Source: Bacteroidales bacterium
GTDB taxonomy: Bacteria; Bacteroidota; Bacteroidia; Bacteroidales; VadinHA17
DNA: 64,000 nt
Direction: 5' to 3'
NCBI GenBank assembly: GCA_041740815.1
Contig: JBGSLG010000041.1
Location: 555-64,554, forward strand
The number at the start of each line of letters is the position of its first letter. The first letter of the stretch is position 1. This document shows positions 1 through 9,524 of the stretch, piece after piece. The notes beneath the pieces were generated by a model, which saw nothing but the letters and a program-made list of their open reading frames with translations, did no database searches and was not told the DNA's origin. The position numbers and the translations under genes were made by a program.

Positions 1-1
1 C

Positions 2-682
2 CATAATACCTCACTTACATTTGCAGGCGGGGTGGGAGATCCCTCAGCTGTATTGTCGGGTGAATATCTGTACCTGTTCTATGGTGAATACGGTTATCCG
101 GGAATATATGATGAGTATAGTTATGACAGGGATACAGAAAGAAAGGGACAGTGCATTTCTGTTGCAAGGATTCATGTAAGTGACCTTGATAATCCTGTGG
201 GAAAAGCAAAGCGATGGGATGGAGATTCATTCAGTGCTCCACATAATGGAATTGGAGCTCCTGTAATATCACTTCAGATAGATACTGCCGAAGGAGGAGG
301 TGCCGCATCATCTCCGGGGGGAGGTTTTTACTGGGGCCCCTCAGTAAGCTGGAACACTTACCTCAACTGCTGGGTGATGCTTATGGGACATGTAACCGGC
401 CAGTCATGGGCAGGGAATGAAATATACATCTCCTTTAACCCTTATCAAAACCTGGGTGAAGGCGATCATTCACAAATGTGGTCAAAACCAAAGATACTGT
501 TAAAAAAGGAGGGATACTTTCTATGGTACCCCTCATTACAACCTGCCGACACCAAAGAGGATATTGAAAACAGGCATACATCACTGCGCCTTGGGCAGAA
601 AGCCAGATTGTTTGTTAAGTATCTGAAACCATATAACGACAGATATATGTCGGAGTATGTTATTGAGTTTACTAAACCTTAG
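2..682 (+). CDS. C-terminal part of a hypothetical protein, possibly a beta-propeller/glycosidase-like fold; the 5' end lies outside the window
   Basis: The frame is open from the window edge (the track starts at an internal GTG at 32) and stops at 680-682. The composition is protein-like (YLYLFYGEYGYPG, FYWGPSVSW). No family-defining motif recognised. Confidence 0.6.
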   Translation, partial: HNTSLTFAGGVGDPSAVLSGEYLYLFYGEYGYPGIYDEYSYDRDTERKGQCISVARIHVSDLDNPVGKAKRWDGDSFSAPHNGIGAPVISLQIDTAEGGGAASSPGGGFYWGPSVSWNTYLNCWVMLMGHVTGQSWAGNEIYISFNPYQNLGEGDHSQMWSKPKILLKKEGYFLWYPSLQPADTKEDIENRHTSLRLGQKARLFVKYLKPYNDRYMSEYVIEFTKP

Positions 683-796
683 AATGAATTTGTTTAAAAT
701 TCATTCCAAGCTGGGAAAGCTGGTGGAATTGGCTACCCTGTGCCGGTTTAATTATCCGGCCTTAGAAAAGTTATCATGCTGATAGCTGCTTCATAA

Positions 797-2272
797 TTAT
801 TTGTTTAATGAGTAATTGGTTATTTTACTCATCCAGCTAACCATACCTTCCGGATCATCTCCGGCACAATGTCCTCCGTCCCAGAATAACGCAGCATTCA
901 CGATTTTACCCCGGTTCTCCAGGCCTGTTGCCAGGTTCACCATAACAGTTTGTGAGGTATGGTTGTCCCTGGAGCCGTTTCGAAGCCACCAATAATCTGC
1001 ACAACCTTTATTGTCCTCACTTATGAAATAATTGGCATTCATCATGTTTACAAGCATTTTTAATTCGTTGTCTATCTCGGAATTCTTAACACTGGTTGAA
1101 TGCTGCAAACTGAAATTGGTGAAGTGCCTGGAATCGGTGGTCTTGTTGCCAAATAAAACGGGTTCAGGCTGTTTCTTGTCAAAATCATCAAAGGCTGGTA
1201 TATTCTTCATTCTGCCAACATGTGATACATAATCCGGGAAAATAAACGAAGCTCCTTTATCAGTCCAGGTAATCCATTTGTAACTGTCCAGGTATTCTTT
1301 GCGGTTTTCCTCTGTTAACCCTTTTAAATACTCATTGGCAGAAGGAAAAAGAAAATATTGAAGAAGATAGTCTTCATAATTGTCAGCAGTGAGGAATCCA
1401 AAACCATTTTTACCCTGAAGTTTTAATGACAATTGATAATCTTCATACAGAGCTTTTAACTGGTTTGATATTTCCTGGTCAACAAGTCCTGATTTGGTTG
1501 GATAAGTACCATACATCCATTCATAGGCTCCATCGGCATTTTCTAGATCAGTAATAGGACTGTAACAGGCACTGCCGAATATATTGTCATTTGCATCGGC
1601 TGCGCCGATTTCTTTTAAGTAAGGGTCGTATAAAGGACTATTACCGGAAGTGCCCAGAAGAGCTGAGACTGCTCCGCCTGCGCTGCACCCAACAGAGATA
1701 ATCTGATCGACATTTCCCGGCAGGATGCCTTTATTGTGTCTTAAATAGCGGACAGCAGCTTTAAGATCGACTATTGCAGCTGGGGCTTTGCCGTAAAAAG
1801 TTCCATCATCGGCTTTATTATCACGCCCCCTGCATCCGGGTGTTACTATCACAAAACCTGCAGCCAAAGCCAGGTCATCTCTGCTACTGAATGATCCTGT
1901 AGCTCCTGATCCTCCAGATCCGGCACGAGGCACTGCATTACCGGCATTCCTGACCGACATGTATCCACCAATGCCAATGGAAAAGAATATAGGAGCATTT
2001 GTAGCATCTATGGTTACATCATCGATCTTAACAGGAACACTGACATTCAGACTCTGAAAATCTTTGTCAACAGGTTTTGCAACATAAAGTATGTGCATGT
2101 AAGAGTGGTATGTGATTTCTTTTTCACCTGAAGATGTTTTTACTATTCTGGTTTCCACTGTAAAGTTATCCTTTGGGAAAATCAGGGGTTCTATTGACTG
2201 TCCAATTGCTGTCATCCAGGAAAGGCAGTACACTATTGCGATTACGGCCGGAATAATTGTTCTCTTTACCAT
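797..2272 (-). CDS. Secreted alpha/beta hydrolase, tannase/feruloyl-esterase-like
   Basis: 491-aa ORF with an N-terminal signal-like hydrophobic segment and a nucleophile elbow GCSAGG (G-x-S-x-G). Length and layout resemble subtype-B tannase-like esterases. Confidence 0.6.
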   Translation of the reverse strand: MVKRTIIPAVIAIVYCLSWMTAIGQSIEPLIFPKDNFTVETRIVKTSSGEKEITYHSYMHILYVAKPVDKDFQSLNVSVPVKIDDVTIDATNAPIFFSIGIGGYMSVRNAGNAVPRAGSGGSGATGSFSSRDDLALAAGFVIVTPGCRGRDNKADDGTFYGKAPAAIVDLKAAVRYLRHNKGILPGNVDQIISVGCSAGGAVSALLGTSGNSPLYDPYLKEIGAADANDNIFGSACYSPITDLENADGAYEWMYGTYPTKSGLVDQEISNQLKALYEDYQLSLKLQGKNGFGFLTADNYEDYLLQYFLFPSANEYLKGLTEENRKEYLDSYKWITWTDKGASFIFPDYVSHVGRMKNIPAFDDFDKKQPEPVLFGNKTTDSRHFTNFSLQHSTSVKNSEIDNELKMLVNMMNANYFISEDNKGCADYWWLRNGSRDNHTSQTVMVNLATGLENRGKIVNAALFWDGGHCAGDDPEGMVSWMSKITNYSLNK

Positions 2273-2373
2273 AGATTATTGTTATTTCTTTAATCAATTA
2301 ATTCAACTTTTTAAGAAGCAGTACTTAATGAAGGGCCCAACTGCTTAATGAAGTTAATATGGGCTTTGATCCT

Positions 2374-3387
2374 TCAAAGATGAAACAAGGGGTTAAAAGC
2401 ATCCACCCAAAATTGAATAGGATATTCTCTTACCCCATTAGTGAATTCAATGGGTATCATATGTCCGGCATTTTCTAAAACTGAATATTCATGATTAATG
2501 CCTAACGAATCAAGATAATCACTAAATGTTTTAGTTATAAGTTTACCATTGTTGTTATACAACCAGTCCTGATCACCAACGATTATCCTTACTTTTACAT
2601 TTTTCTTTATCAGCTCAGCATTCTTTCTGGCATAAAATCTGGGGTGAACTGCGTTAAAGTACTCAATAGATTTTTCTGAGCCGGGACCGGTTGCAGGACC
2701 AAAAGTATTGACGAGATATTGAGGATTGTGTTCGTCTTTAAATTCAATCAGTGCACCTGCAATTGATGATGTGAAACCAAACATTTCAGGAAACTTAAAA
2801 GCAAGTCTTATTGCTCCAAAGCCACCCATAGACCAACCTTCTAAACCGCGGCCAGAGGGATTAGCTATGGTACGATAATGAGAATCGATGTATGGTACAA
2901 GGTCTTTTATTAAAACATTTTCGACAGGCCCACTAATTACTCCTTTTGCACCAACATTTGCATTGCAATACCAGCCAATGGGTAATGCCTGTGCACTTAC
3001 AATAATCAGCGGAGGCATTTTTTGAGATTTAATAGCCTTGTCCAATTCCTTCATTAACCATTGCCCCTCTCTCTGATTTCCATTTCCCCCGTGCAAATAA
3101 TATATTACCGGGTAGCTGTTAGATGTATTTTTGTATTCTTCAGGGAGATAAATCATAAAACTTCCGAAAGTACCCTTTCCTCTTTCCGGAGTGGGATAAA
3201 CCTGATATGTTGCAAAGGAGGGTACTGACTTATTGGGTGAGACCCAAGCTGTATCGGGATCAGAATCCTGAATCCCTTCAGTTTTAAGCTGGGCAAAGTT
3301 ATTGTTAACAACAAAAATCAGGCAATAAAATGATAAAATTGTTTTCAATTTTATCATTTTGAAAAACATCATTTTTACTGTTTTCAC
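2374..3387 (-). CDS. Esterase family protein (putative esterase/CE1-like alpha/beta hydrolase)
   Basis: 337-aa ORF with a signal peptide, a YYLHGG oxyanion-type motif and a GWSMGG serine elbow. Confidence 0.7.
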   Translation of the reverse strand: MKTVKMMFFKMIKLKTILSFYCLIFVVNNNFAQLKTEGIQDSDPDTAWVSPNKSVPSFATYQVYPTPERGKGTFGSFMIYLPEEYKNTSNSYPVIYYLHGGNGNQREGQWLMKELDKAIKSQKMPPLIIVSAQALPIGWYCNANVGAKGVISGPVENVLIKDLVPYIDSHYRTIANPSGRGLEGWSMGGFGAIRLAFKFPEMFGFTSSIAGALIEFKDEHNPQYLVNTFGPATGPGSEKSIEYFNAVHPRFYARKNAELIKKNVKVRIIVGDQDWLYNNNGKLITKTFSDYLDSLGINHEYSVLENAGHMIPIEFTNGVREYPIQFWVDAFNPLFHL

Positions 3388-3809
3388 ATCTCAAGTTATT
3401 TAAATGATATTTACTAAAATTCTCTACTATAAAAACAAAATTTAAAATTTTTCATTTATTCATTGTCCAGGCACCTTCCTTCTTTCCTCTGGTTGATCTT
3501 TAATCTTTCCATTGATCTCTGATTAATTCTTTATAAAGATACGTCAGGGGTAAAAGAGAAAATGGAATATTTCTGTGAGAATGCAAAAAACATGGTTGAA
3601 CTTTCATATCTTCTATGTGAAATATCCGAAACCCTTTTTTTAGACTGAACTCTGCGCTTTAAGTTTTCAACAGATATCTTTTGTCTGAGATATAGTTTTC
3701 ATTCATGATTTAAAAAACTTCAATCATTAAATTGTCAGCTTCAGGTTCTGTATTTACTGTTCTAACTGTTTATTCTACCGTAATTCTTTTAGTGATGTAT
3801 CTTTGATAT

Positions 3810-4886
3810 ATGAAGAAGAAGCAGTTCTGGCAGTATATTGCAATTGTTTTAATAATTTCCCTCTTCCTGGGTATTCTGATTCATTTCAGTACCATTCTTG
3901 AGCGGTTCGGTCTGGAAACCAGAGGAGGCAGAGGCAGAACCCTTGAGCACCCTATAGCCAATGCATTTTCCGAGGTGTTCATCAGTTCAATGGTCGCTTT
4001 TGGTACTTTTATTCTCAATTATTTTATAATCAGGCCTCTTGACAGCACAATAAGAGCGGATTTTAAGCGGATTTCGATATCAATAATCCTGACTCTGATT
4101 TCAGTAACGATCCTGAGTGACTCATTCTTTGCTATCAAGCGTTTATTAAGTGATAGTACCGTAGAGAAAAGCTTTAATTTACTTTATACTTCCAGGGATA
4201 TTCTCACAGGAATAGTAGTTCTCTCCGGCATTTTATTCATTAAGACTGTATATGACAAACAAGCTATCAGGATTGAGAATGAAAAGCTTAAACGTGAAAA
4301 TCTGGTCACGCAGTATGAATCTCTGAAGAACCAGGTAAGTCCTCATTTCCTTTTCAATTCGCTGACCGCCCTGAAAGAGCTGATCAATCAGGATACCGGA
4401 ACTGCACAAAACTATATTAATCATCTTTCACAGGTTCTGAGATATACGTTACAGAGTAACCAAAGCCGGACCCGGAGTCTGAAAGAGGAGATGGAAGTGT
4501 CTGATTCTTACATATTTCTATTACAGACACGATTTAGCAACAATCTGTTGATAGAAAAACAGATTGATGAAAAGTACAACAGCTACAGGTTACCACCGCT
4601 TGCGATCCAGACACTTCTTGAGAACGCCATCAAGCATAATGAAATAAGTAAAAGGCATCCTTTAACAATTACGATTGAAACAAAAAGCGATCAGACTTTA
4701 AGAATGGCAAACCTCATCCGGGAAAGAAATTCCCCGGAATTCAGTAGTGGTGTTGGATTGTCGAATCTGGCAAAACAATACATGTTCCTTTCGGGAAAAG
4801 AGATTCTCATATCACGGAAAAACAATGAATTCCTGGTGGAAATACCCTTACTAACTCCTCATGACAATGCGAGCAATAATAGTTGA
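3810..4886 (+). CDS. Sensor histidine kinase, LytS/YehU-type (His_kinase + HATPase)
   Basis: N-terminal TM helices, the SPHFLFNSLTALKELI motif typical of LytS-type kinases and the LLENAIKHN N-box. It overlaps the downstream LytTR regulator gene. Confidence 0.85.
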   Translation: MKKKQFWQYIAIVLIISLFLGILIHFSTILERFGLETRGGRGRTLEHPIANAFSEVFISSMVAFGTFILNYFIIRPLDSTIRADFKRISISIILTLISVTILSDSFFAIKRLLSDSTVEKSFNLLYTSRDILTGIVVLSGILFIKTVYDKQAIRIENEKLKRENLVTQYESLKNQVSPHFLFNSLTALKELINQDTGTAQNYINHLSQVLRYTLQSNQSRTRSLKEEMEVSDSYIFLLQTRFSNNLLIEKQIDEKYNSYRLPPLAIQTLLENAIKHNEISKRHPLTITIETKSDQTLRMANLIRERNSPEFSSGVGLSNLAKQYMFLSGKEILISRKNNEFLVEIPLLTPHDNASNNS

Positions 4887-5628
4887 AGATGAACCCCTGG
4901 CAGCACAGAATCTGAAGGGTGTCCTCAATGAAATCGAAACTCTTGAAATTATCGCAACGTTTGAAAGCGTAAATGAAACTGTTGCCTGGTTTACACTGCA
5001 TGATTCACCTGACATCCTGTTCCTTGATATTCATCTTGCTGACGGATCAGCATTTGAAATATTCGACAGAGTAAAGATTAACTGTTCTGTAATTTTCACT
5101 ACTGCATATGATGAATATGCGCTGAAAGCATTTAAAGTTAACAGTATTGACTATCTCCTTAAACCCATTGACATAAATTCGGTTAGAAAAGCACTTGAAA
5201 AGTATAGGAGGCTCACATACGGTAACGAAAACAGAGATACTGATCTGCAGAACTTATTAACCTATTTTAAAAAGAATACTATATATAAGAATAATTTCCT
5301 GGTCCCTGTAAAAGGAGATAAACTCGTTCCGCTGAACGCATATGATATCGCTTATTTTTTTATCGATTACGGAACAGTGAAATCAATTTCTTACGAGAAC
5401 AAAAGCTATAGCATGGATAATACTCTGGATGAGCTTGAGAACATGCTTGATCCTGAAATATTTTTTAGGGCAAACAGACAGTTTATAATATCCAGAAAAG
5501 CTATAAAAGACATCGACTTGTGGTTTAATAATAGATTGTCGGTTAACTTGAAGGTTTCGCTACCAGAAAAAATCCTTGTAAGCAAAGCAAGGGTTCCTGA
5601 ATTCAAGAGCTGGTTTGTAGGGAAATAA
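4861..5628 (+). CDS. LytTR-family response regulator
   Basis: Receiver domain (IIVEDEP...FLDIHLADGS) plus a C-terminal LytTR-like segment (FFRANRQFIISRKAI). The real start may be the ATG at 4867 (MRAIIVEDE). Confidence 0.85.
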   Translation: MTMRAIIVEDEPLAAQNLKGVLNEIETLEIIATFESVNETVAWFTLHDSPDILFLDIHLADGSAFEIFDRVKINCSVIFTTAYDEYALKAFKVNSIDYLLKPIDINSVRKALEKYRRLTYGNENRDTDLQNLLTYFKKNTIYKNNFLVPVKGDKLVPLNAYDIAYFFIDYGTVKSISYENKSYSMDNTLDELENMLDPEIFFRANRQFIISRKAIKDIDLWFNNRLSVNLKVSLPEKILVSKARVPEFKSWFVGK

Positions 5629-5871
5629 ATAACAGCGGTTATGTTTGTTTTACCGGAAATGCAATCAGGGCATAAAGACTTGATTTTTCCTTTATTGAAT
5701 CCTTTCAGATGAACTCAGATTAATTCATCTTATCTATTAGTCAGTTCACTATTTATTTCTTCAGCCTCATCTCATATATTGAATGTTCTCTCTTGTCAGC
5801 CTGTAAATTTGCTTTGAACTGATACAATCATTTGAGGTAATTAACAGGTTGATTGTGAACAAACATTTAAA

Positions 5872-8118
5872 ATGAAAACAACAATTCTAAAGAAATTTTT
5901 ATTCCTCGCAGTTATAATTTTTTCAATGATATCTGTGCAGGCTCAGGATTTGGTCTCAATTCCCAGGATTCAGGGAGAGATAAGATTTGACGGTACTGTC
6001 AACGATCCATGCTGGCAGAATATCGAGCCCCTTCCGATGGTAATGCATACACCTATTTTCGGCAACCAGCCCACAGAAAAGAGTGAAGTTATGGTATGCT
6101 ATGACGGTACTTATATCTATGTTGGAGCAAGACTTTTTGATTCTGAAGCTACGAAAATGTTGATAACCTCAAAGAAACGCGATGAAGGATCCAATAGTAA
6201 TGAGTCCCTTTCCATTGTGTTTGATTCATTTAATGACAAGGAAAACGCTCTCGTCTTTTCCACAACCCCGAGTGGTTTACGAACCGATTTGGCTGTATTG
6301 AATGATGCAATAGCCTCCAATCCCAGGAATCCGCCATTTAATACAAGCTGGAATACTTTCTGGGATGTTAAGACCACACAGGATGAAAGCGGGTGGTTTC
6401 TGGAAATGCGTATACCTTTTTCCAGTATGAGGTTTAAAGAAGATAATGGGAAGGTAATTATGGGATTGATTTGTTTCAGACGTATAGCACATAAAAATGA
6501 GGTGGATATTTTTCCTGCAATCCCTCCAGATTGGGGGGCATTCAGCACTTACAGGGTATCTAAAGCTAATGAAGTATCATTTGAAGGTATCCAGTCAAAA
6601 AAGCCTTTTTATGTTACGCCATATCTTTTGGCTGGCTATCAGCAGGATAATTTTCTGAATGAAGCAGGAACCGTTTATGATATGAAGGGTAGCCCTAAAT
6701 TGAATGCCGGATTGGATGTCAAATACGGAATAACAAATAATCTAACTCTTGATGCTACTTTAAATACAGATTTTGCACAGGTTGAGGCAGATGACCAGCA
6801 AATTAATCTCACCCGTTTCTCGCTTTTTTTCCCTGAGAAGAGATCTTTCTTTCAGGAGCGGTCGAGCATTTTCAACTTTGGATTCGAGGGGCAAAGCAGT
6901 ATTTTTTATAGCCGTCAGATAGGTCTGAACAAGGGTGAACAGGTACCTATTCTGGGTGGAGGAAGGATCACCGGAATGGCTGGTAAATGGGATATTGGGT
7001 TCCTGGATTTACAAACACAATCCTTCGATCCATCCGATACTGCACAAAGTTCACTTCCTTCGGAAAATTTTGGTGTTCTCAGGCTTCGCCGCCAGATAAT
7101 CAACAGTAACAGTTATGTGGGCGGTATTTTGACTTCCCGTATAGGTATGGATGGCTCCTACAGCACTTCATATGGGGTTGACGGGATTTTAAAAATCCTT
7201 AAAAATGATTACTTAAATATAAAACTTGCACAAGTTATGGTAGCGAATTACAATAATACCCCCTTTTCCCTTGATCCGACAAGACTTTTTCTGAACTGGA
7301 TAAGATTTAATGATAAAGGTTTGGGATATGATTTTACCTATACGCGAAGCGGTAAGGATTTCAAACCTTCGATGGGCTTTCAACAGAGGAGAGATTATTC
7401 GTATTATGCAGGTAGTCTTCAGTACGGCTGGCTCCCGGGAGCAACTTCTCCGCTTATGAATCATAAGTTTGAGCTGAACGAGGAGATGTATTATTCCAAT
7501 TCCACAGGAGATGCCCAGACCGCCAATACTGAATTGGCCTATAAATTTAATTTTAAACAGGGATTTGGAGGGATGGTTTCTATCTTAAATTCATATGAAA
7601 ATGTTGAGAGAGAGTTCAATTTCTCAGAAAATGCAAGTGTAGCTGCCGGGAAATATAATTTCACGCAATTTGTGGCACATGTGAATACATCTGAGTCAAA
7701 GACATTAAGTCTTGGGATAGATTGTTATGCAGGCACCTTTTATGATGGCAATCGCCTGACAGTTGGCCTGGAACCCCTGTGGAATATAGGATCTTCATTG
7801 CAGCTGGGTCTGGCATACGAATATAACCATGTTAATTTCCCTCTGCGTGACCAGGCTTTTACCGGCAATATTGCCAGGTTCAAAACCTTGCTGATGTTCA
7901 CTACACAAATATCTATAAATGGCTTTGTACAGTATAACAGTACAGAAAATTCTCTTTCAACAAATTTTAGATTAAGGTATAACCCACGTGAAGGGAATGA
8001 TTTCTACGTAGTCCTCAATGAGGGAAGAAGTACTTACAGAGATCTTGAAGATCCTAGATTACCAGCTTTTAATAACAGGTCTATCCTATTGAAATATACA
8101 TATACTTTTACATTTTAG
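5872..8118 (+). CDS. Outer-membrane beta-barrel protein with an N-terminal carbohydrate-binding (CBM9-like) region, DUF5916-type
   Basis: 748 aa with a signal peptide (ISVQAQ), a long beta-rich C-terminal part and a terminal aromatic signature YTYTFTF. The family call is from memory of similar Bacteroidota proteins. Confidence 0.5.
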   Translation: MKTTILKKFLFLAVIIFSMISVQAQDLVSIPRIQGEIRFDGTVNDPCWQNIEPLPMVMHTPIFGNQPTEKSEVMVCYDGTYIYVGARLFDSEATKMLITSKKRDEGSNSNESLSIVFDSFNDKENALVFSTTPSGLRTDLAVLNDAIASNPRNPPFNTSWNTFWDVKTTQDESGWFLEMRIPFSSMRFKEDNGKVIMGLICFRRIAHKNEVDIFPAIPPDWGAFSTYRVSKANEVSFEGIQSKKPFYVTPYLLAGYQQDNFLNEAGTVYDMKGSPKLNAGLDVKYGITNNLTLDATLNTDFAQVEADDQQINLTRFSLFFPEKRSFFQERSSIFNFGFEGQSSIFYSRQIGLNKGEQVPILGGGRITGMAGKWDIGFLDLQTQSFDPSDTAQSSLPSENFGVLRLRRQIINSNSYVGGILTSRIGMDGSYSTSYGVDGILKILKNDYLNIKLAQVMVANYNNTPFSLDPTRLFLNWIRFNDKGLGYDFTYTRSGKDFKPSMGFQQRRDYSYYAGSLQYGWLPGATSPLMNHKFELNEEMYYSNSTGDAQTANTELAYKFNFKQGFGGMVSILNSYENVEREFNFSENASVAAGKYNFTQFVAHVNTSESKTLSLGIDCYAGTFYDGNRLTVGLEPLWNIGSSLQLGLAYEYNHVNFPLRDQAFTGNIARFKTLLMFTTQISINGFVQYNSTENSLSTNFRLRYNPREGNDFYVVLNEGRSTYRDLEDPRLPAFNNRSILLKYTYTFTF

Positions 8119-8180
8119 GATTGGTATGTTTCGGTGGTGTATCTTTCTGAAGCATCATTGAAAAAAGTTGCAACTTTTGT

Positions 8181-8230
8181 CCGTTCGGGGTACCCAGAGG
8201 CACAAGAGGTCAAAATCGACCTCTTGTGCC
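8181..8230 (+). repeat. Hairpin-containing repeat element, copy A
   Basis: ccgttcggggtacccagaggcacaagaggtcaaaatcgacctcttgtgcc aligns with 12003-12048 (ccgtctggggtaccaaacggcacaagaggtcaaatccgacctctt). Confidence 0.7.
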
Positions 8231-8236
8231 TTTTTA
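8199..8236 (+). terminator. Rho-independent terminator; core of repeat copy A
   Basis: Perfect 13-bp stem ggcacaagaggtc / gacctcttgtgcc with a 6-nt loop, followed by ttttta. It lies 80 nt downstream of the 5872..8118 stop. Confidence 0.7.
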
Positions 8237-8479
8237 TGATCTTCTGAAATCCTCACCAATTCTAAGGATACTTTCCGAAATCAGTGCAGGATGCAGACCG
8301 GGAACATTCTGAGATGGTTCTTTTTTCCAGGATTTTCCGGTGTGTAATTCCCAATGTCAGGGATAAAAAAATAGCGTCTGAGCCCGTTAACATTAAAAAA
8401 ATAATTGATGTGTGCCTATGTTATGAAAAATTCTTTACCTTAAGGGGATCAAAAGTGTCTGTTTTAATCTTGAAAGAAA

Positions 8480-9373
8480 ATGTTTAATGTAACTTCCCGG
8501 TCAGATTGTGCATTTGATGTAAATAAGAAATTATTCCTTACATATTTAGTCAAAAACGGAGGTCCCGAACTTCATGATTATGAAGAATTTGCCTTCATTG
8601 TCAAAACTTTGGATGCAAAAAATCTGCATGAGTTCAGGGAAGTAATAAACCCAATACTTAACGTCAATACTCTGATTGGCCGGAGTTACGTAAAACCATT
8701 TGGGTATCCGGGAGATTTTTATTTAATCGATCATATTTATTCTAACCATGTTAATGGAGATAAAAAATATCGTAACTGGGATATTTTTTATCAGAATCAG
8801 GCCGGAACCAGGGCTGTGAGGAACCGTAAAGATTATTTCCTTAATCAATGCCTAAATCTTGCTCTTAAAAAAAATGGTGAAAAAAAGGTCCTGATACTCG
8901 GTTCCGGACCGGCAACTGATGTAAATGAATTTCTGAACATGTACACCGGAAACGATATCAGTTTTGACCTGGTGGATTATGACCAGAATGCTATTGATTA
9001 TTCGTCAGATAAGAACAAAAAATTTGAAAACCTGATTTCCTATCACAAAGTCAATGTTTTAAGGTTTGAGCCTTCCAGGAGGTATGACCTTATCTGGAGT
9101 GCCGGATTATTTGATTATTTCAGGGAGAAACATTTTGTTTACCTGTTGAAAAAATACATTAATTACGTAGCAGAAGGAGGTGACCTTGTCATTGGCAATT
9201 TCAGCACTGAAAATCCATCACAAATACTTATGGAGGTCGTATCTGAATGGTACCTTAACTACAGAAGCAGAGAGGATCTGTTAAAGATTGCTGGAGATGC
9301 AGGCCTCCTGAACAGGAACGTTTTTGTTGATGCCGAAGACCTTGGTGTAAATCTTTTCCTTAATATTCAGTGA
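8480..9373 (+). CDS. Class I SAM-dependent methyltransferase with an N-terminal extension
   Basis: 297 aa with a glycine-rich SAM motif I variant VLILGSGPATD, followed by acidic DLVDYD and WSAGLFDY motifs typical of Rossmann-fold methyltransferases. Confidence 0.75.
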   Translation: MFNVTSRSDCAFDVNKKLFLTYLVKNGGPELHDYEEFAFIVKTLDAKNLHEFREVINPILNVNTLIGRSYVKPFGYPGDFYLIDHIYSNHVNGDKKYRNWDIFYQNQAGTRAVRNRKDYFLNQCLNLALKKNGEKKVLILGSGPATDVNEFLNMYTGNDISFDLVDYDQNAIDYSSDKNKKFENLISYHKVNVLRFEPSRRYDLIWSAGLFDYFREKHFVYLLKKYINYVAEGGDLVIGNFSTENPSQILMEVVSEWYLNYRSREDLLKIAGDAGLLNRNVFVDAEDLGVNLFLNIQ

Positions 9374-9524
9374 ACATAAAAGAAACTTTGTTTTCTGTGT
9401 CAGAATTTTTGCTTTCTAAACCCATACAAAGCATTTGATTCTGTTATCCCATAATTTTTAAAAGCAATTAATAAAATCTAATGCCCACTTCTGACGTTTA
9501 TCAATAAATAGATAGTCAGAAAGG

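Noticed and set aside
8284-8487. A 67-aa ORF upstream of the methyltransferase gene
   Set aside because: It is short with no motif, sits in an AT-rich promoter-like spacer, and its end overlaps the methyltransferase start. Most likely spurious.
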